64,000 nucleotides of DNA, from the NCBI GenBank assembly GCA_963803805.1, contig CAWDOD010000002.1:544001-608000 (forward strand). Reading direction: 5' to 3'. Every line of letters starts with the position of its first letter. Position 1 is the stretch's first letter. Positions 59,858 through 64,000 of this stretch are shown one piece after another. The notes under the pieces were generated by a model. It made no database searches and had not been told where the DNA came from. It saw nothing but the letters and a program-made list of their open reading frames with translations. A program made the position numbers and the translations under genes. The DNA is from an uncultured cyanobacterium (GTDB lineage: Bacteria > Cyanobacteriota > Cyanobacteriia > Cyanobacteriales > CAWCAG01).

Positions 59858-61877
59858 AGGCAGAAGTAACTAACTCCCTTTGCTTTTCTGGCAATTCTGT
59901 ATGTTTAGCCACAATACGTCGGAACTCATCCCCTTCAATGGTTTCTTTTTCCAACAAAATATCTACCAGACGATCTACCAAAGAGCGATTTTCTCGAATC
60001 AACCGTCTTGCTTCAGCATGACCCTGATTAGCAATCTCTCGTACTTGCAAGTCAATCTTTTGAGCAACTTCTTCAGAATATTCTGAACGAGGACCCCATC
60101 CTGAACCCAGGAAGACTTGATCATCAGGATTTTCTAAGGCTATGGGGCCAAGGTCTGACATTCCATAACGAGTTACCATTTCCCTAGCTAAATTAGCGAC
60201 TCCTTTAATATCGCTGCTTGCTCCGATGGTAACTTCGTCATAGCCAAAAATCTCTTCTTCTGCGGCTCTTCCCCCCAAGTAAATGGTAATTTGATCCATG
60301 AGCCAAGCCTTACTATAAAGTCCGCTATCGACCATTTCTTCGTTAAATACCTGTTGGGCAAAACCTCCTATGCCACCAGAGCGAGGAATAATTGTTACTT
60401 TATTGAGGGGATCAGAATGCTTTAATAAGGTCATCAACAAAGCGTGACCAACTTCATGGTAGGCAATGAGCCGCTTTTTCTTGCTATCTAAAAGGGGATT
60501 CATGCTTAAGCCAATGGTGATGCGATCCAGGGCATCTTCAATTTCGAGGGTGGTGATCGCTTCCTTACGCCGCCTCGCAGTTAAAATGGCAGCTTCGTTG
60601 AGTAAGTTAGCTAAATCAGCTCCAGAAAGACCAGGAGTACGGCGGGCTACGGCTTCTAAGGAGACATCTTCAGCGACTTTTTTGGTACGGGAATGGACTT
60701 GTAAAATTCCCAAACGCCCGTTATATCCAGGTAAATCCACCATAACTTGACGATCAAATCTTCCTGGACGTAATAGGGCAGAATCGAGAACATCGGCTCT
60801 ATTGGTAGCAGCAATCACAATGATCCCGGTATTCATTTCAAAACCATCCATCTCTGTGAGGAGTTGGTTGAGGGTTTGTTCCCTCTCATCATTGCCACCA
60901 CCAATTCCTGCCCCTCGCTGTCTACCTACCGCATCAATTTCATCGATGAAAATGAGACAAGGAGCATTTTCTTTGGCTTTTTTAAATAGATCCCGAACAC
61001 GAGAAGCCCCAACCCCAACAAACATTTCTACAAATTCTGAACCAGAAATGCTAAAGAAAGGAACCCCAGCTTCTCCAGCTACAGCTTTAGCTAATAAAGT
61101 TTTTCCAGTTCCAGGAGGTCCAATTAACAAAACTCCTTTAGGAATGCGAGCGCCCAGGGCAGTAAAACGCTCAGTTTCTTTGAGGAAGCTAACTACTTCT
61201 TGCAGTTCTTCTTTAGCTTCATCAATACCAGCTACATCATTAAATTGGATACCGGTTTCTGCCTCCATTTGAAAGCGGGCGCGGGATTTACCAAAATTCA
61301 TGGCTTGGCCAGAAGATGCTGCTGAACGCCGCAAAATGGCAATTAATCCACCTAATAAAATTACGAGGATCAAAATATTAACGGCGATGCCAAAAGCCTC
61401 GGAGTGGTCAGTAGATTGAGTGACTTCTAGTTCAACTTTTTGAGTATTTTGAGGTGCAGCCCCTTCTGGTTCTGGAAGTAGTGGTTCACCATCAATTTGA
61501 GGGTTTTTCAGACCCCCAGTACCGTTGATTTTCTCAATAAGTTCAGGATTTTGGTTAAGTAATTTGACTTCTTTAGGAGGAGTATCAGCATCTTGACCAG
61601 AGAGAAAAACTTTTGCTGTCTCAGTGGTTTCGTCAATCTGGATTTTTTCTACTTTACCTTTATCAATTTGGTCTAAGAGTTCGCTATAGCTAATTTCGCT
61701 GCTATCTTCTTCTTTCTGGGCATAAGCAGGATTTCCCAGCAACATAGTAGAGAAAAGTACCAAGCTAGTAGCAAAACGCCAGAAGCTTTGCGATGCTTTT
61801 GTACCTTGTTTAAAAGGAGAACTCCTGCCGTCTCTATGAGAAAAAACTGCTTGCTTTTTAATCTGGTTTTTTTTCAT
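59856..61877 (-). CDS. ftsH: ATP-dependent zinc metalloprotease FtsH
   Basis: [21 protein letters not shown] motif [17 protein letters not shown] zinc motif. Confidence 0.97.
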   Translation of the reverse strand: MKKNQIKKQAVFSHRDGRSSPFKQGTKASQSFWRFATSLVLFSTMLLGNPAYAQKEEDSSEISYSELLDQIDKGKVEKIQIDETTETAKVFLSGQDADTPPKEVKLLNQNPELIEKINGTGGLKNPQIDGEPLLPEPEGAAPQNTQKVELEVTQSTDHSEAFGIAVNILILVILLGGLIAILRRSAASSGQAMNFGKSRARFQMEAETGIQFNDVAGIDEAKEELQEVVSFLKETERFTALGARIPKGVLLIGPPGTGKTLLAKAVAGEAGVPFFSISGSEFVEMFVGVGASRVRDLFKKAKENAPCLIFIDEIDAVGRQRGAGIGGGNDEREQTLNQLLTEMDGFEMNTGIIVIAATNRADVLDSALLRPGRFDRQVMVDLPGYNGRLGILQVHSRTKKVAEDVSLEAVARRTPGLSGADLANLLNEAAILTARRRKEAITTLEIEDALDRITIGLSMNPLLDSKKKRLIAYHEVGHALLMTLLKHSDPLNKVTIIPRSGGIGGFAQQVFNEEMVDSGLYSKAWLMDQITIYLGGRAAEEEIFGYDEVTIGASSDIKGVANLAREMVTRYGMSDLGPIALENPDDQVFLGSGWGPRSEYSEEVAQKIDLQVREIANQGHAEARRLIRENRSLVDRLVDILLEKETIEGDEFRRIVAKHTELPEKQRELVTSA

Positions 61878-61988
61878 GCCCTTGCTTTCTTAAATAGCTT
61901 GATGGGGTTTGCTTTTTACATATTGTTACTGTATCTAGTTTAACTTTTCTCTTCTAAGACGGTTGGTTTTTGGGTTAGACAGCAGGGA

Positions 61989-63095
61989 TTATCCCAGTTG
62001 TTCTTTTAAAATTACTCGAAGTTTGTCTTGTTGTTCTACCGTACCTGCCAACAACACACCTATTTTCCCGACCAAAATACAGCCCCAGTTAACCAAAATC
62101 ACTCCTGTACCAGTTTGGGAATCATATTCAATATCCTCTAAATTTATCTCTTTCAAGGAATGATAGCTGGTATTAAAGTTTTCGCTTGTCCAACTAGATA
62201 TGTTCAATTTCTGGGCAATTCCAGTGGGATAAGATGCCCCGTTGAAGCGAGGGTTACACTCAATAGCGACATAACGGGTTGCGCCTTCCCCTTCTACCAC
62301 TGCTACATCAAAGGCAAAGATTTCCTTCATGCCATTTTCCAACATCCATACTGCCATGGGTTCTACGGTTTCCCAGGGTTGGTGATGGGTAGGATAGCGG
62401 TTGCCCATATGAGTGCAACCAGCTAATATCTGTTCTGATGCGGCTAGGGGTTTAACTTGTTTGCCTTTAATGCAATATTGTAGGTTCAAGAACTTAGAAG
62501 CAATGATTTCTTCTTGAATTTGTAAAGGCACATCTACCTCAACAGATTCCATTGCAGCAATTAATTCTTGTTGATCTTCGCAGCGTACAATACCCATGCC
62601 ATCAACAGAAACTGCTGGTTTCAAATAACAAGGATAGGGAAGTTCGCTATAGTTACTTATTTTGGTTTTATTCTCAACACAGATAGTTTGAGGAACTGTG
62701 ACTTCAAGTTCTTGGGCTAGTTCAATGAAGCTGTTCTTGGAGTTCATGAAAGCAACTACTTTCAACCAGTCTTCATCTACTTTCCGAAACCAATCTTGAC
62801 TTTCGCGATTGCCATTGACAGCATCACCAAAGAAAAAGACAGAAATATCGTAGTCTGGATAATCCCCCATCTTAACCCGTGATACATCCCAAATGACTTC
62901 ATGGGTATGGTTTAAGCCAACACGTTGGTAATGTTCTGTAATGGCATTCCACTCTTGTTTTAAATCAGGATGAAGTTGGATAATGTCATGGGGTTCTGTC
63001 ATACCAAGTACCCTACCAGAGTAAAGATGGTTGCCCAGCACAGCCTCATGGGTACAGGTCATAATGTCGTGGTTAAATATTTTTTTACTGTTCAC
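61989..63095 (-). CDS. ATP-grasp domain protein
   Basis: NSK..F; YPCYLKPAVSVDG.GI; IQEEI; FAFDV; IECNPRFNGA. Confidence 0.8.
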   Translation of the reverse strand: MNSKKIFNHDIMTCTHEAVLGNHLYSGRVLGMTEPHDIIQLHPDLKQEWNAITEHYQRVGLNHTHEVIWDVSRVKMGDYPDYDISVFFFGDAVNGNRESQDWFRKVDEDWLKVVAFMNSKNSFIELAQELEVTVPQTICVENKTKISNYSELPYPCYLKPAVSVDGMGIVRCEDQQELIAAMESVEVDVPLQIQEEIIASKFLNLQYCIKGKQVKPLAASEQILAGCTHMGNRYPTHHQPWETVEPMAVWMLENGMKEIFAFDVAVVEGEGATRYVAIECNPRFNGASYPTGIAQKLNISSWTSENFNTSYHSLKEINLEDIEYDSQTGTGVILVNWGCILVGKIGVLLAGTVEQQDKLRVILKEQLG

Positions 63096-63284
63096 TTTTA
63101 CAAAGTTGTTACTTACGAGTTTTTGTTTGCTTAAATCCTATCGGAGAATATAACCGTTTACTATTACTCAACAGAAAGATTTACCTTATACTTAGAAATT
63201 TTAGTTCTTTGAGATAACCTCTATGTCAAAGTGAGAACAAAAGATATAAGGATAAAATAGTATTAATTGTCAGTTAAGAAATCT

Positions 63285-64000
63285 ATGACCAGCGCTACAG
63301 CAACTAAAACTAAGTACGAAGCGATTATTGGTTTGGAAACCCATTGTCAGCTTAATACGAAAACCAAAATTTTCAGTCGCGAATCCACAGAATTTGGTAA
63401 ACCCCCTAACTCCAATATTTCTCCTATTTGCCTGGGTTATCCTGGGGTGTTACCTGTTTTAAATGAAAAGGTGCTAGAGTATGCGGTTAAGGCGGGTTTA
63501 GCCCTTAACTGTCAAATCGCCCCCTACAGCAAGTTTGACCGCAAGCAATATTTTTATCCAGATTTACCGAAAAACTATCAAATTTCTCAGTTTGACTTAC
63601 CTATTGCTGAACATGGTTGGTTGGAAATTGAGTTAGTTGAGCAACAAGGTGATGAAGCCGTTAAGAAAAAAAGATTGGCATTACTCGCCTACATATGGAA
63701 GAGGATGCTGGTAAATTAGTTCATGTTGGTAGCGATCGCTTATCTGGCTCTACCTGTTCTTTAGTTGATTTTAATCGAGCCGGGATTCCTTTATTAGAAA
63801 TTGTCTCCGAACCGGATATTCGTTCAGGACAGGAAGCCGCCGAATATGGGCAGGAATTACGCCGCATTGTCCGTTATTTAGGCATTGGCGATGGCAATAT
63901 GCAGGAAGGTTCTTTACGTTGTGATGTCAATGTTTCTGTGCGTCCTGTAGGACAAAAAGAGTTTGGTACTAAAGTAGAAATTAAGAATATGAACTCCTTT
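63285..64000 (+). CDS. gatB: Asp/Glu-tRNA amidotransferase subunit B (partial; frameshift at A7 run 63666-63672)
   Basis: [27 protein letters not shown]; continues in another frame as [14 protein letters not shown]...[17 protein letters not shown]...[11 protein letters not shown]...VEIKNMNSF to the window end. Confidence 0.95.

Noticed and set aside
853-62426. Numerous short antisense or overlapping ORFs in the track (e.g. 853-1053, 37735-38295, 42566-42949, 60802-61272)
   Set aside because: They lie opposite or within confidently identified genes and lack independent motifs
1-64000. CRISPR array, cas genes, prophage or integrase
   Set aside because: No regularly spaced 25-40 bp repeats with unique spacers, and no cas, phage structural or integrase genes recognised; the tandem repeats are heptamers

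Overview
Chromosomal window from a cyanobacterium: HIP1 octamer GCGATCGC throughout, heptamer tandem repeats, and Uma2, GUN4, Tab2, DUF4912 and PEP-CTERM genes. Housekeeping content: 6S RNA, uvrB, pncB, modBC, cysK, gcvH, map, folB, tRNA-Tyr/tRNA-Thr, cobN, potA-potD-potB, mrdA, ftsH and a partial gatB. The best candidate for an undescribed system is an AT-rich, tightly coupled operon at 8052-12946 (caspase-like protease > NACHT NTPase with many TM helices > GUN4-domain protein). All three proteins share an ungapped 22-residue motif, C-terminal on the protease and N-terminal on the other two, which matches the layout of amyloid/homotypic NLR-effector signalling. Other notable items: a 6S RNA with an unusually long terminal hairpin; a large filamentous-haemagglutinin gene split by an IS630 element that itself carries an in-frame 48-bp GC-rich hairpin; msrA split by an IS982 element; a YidD domain fused to a long extension with a Cys-rich tail; a general-stress gene cluster; and several MITE/REP/small dispersed repeats. 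At least six single-base frameshifts, one in gatB, suggest sequencing indel errors. All family assignments come from motif recognition by eye, not database searches.
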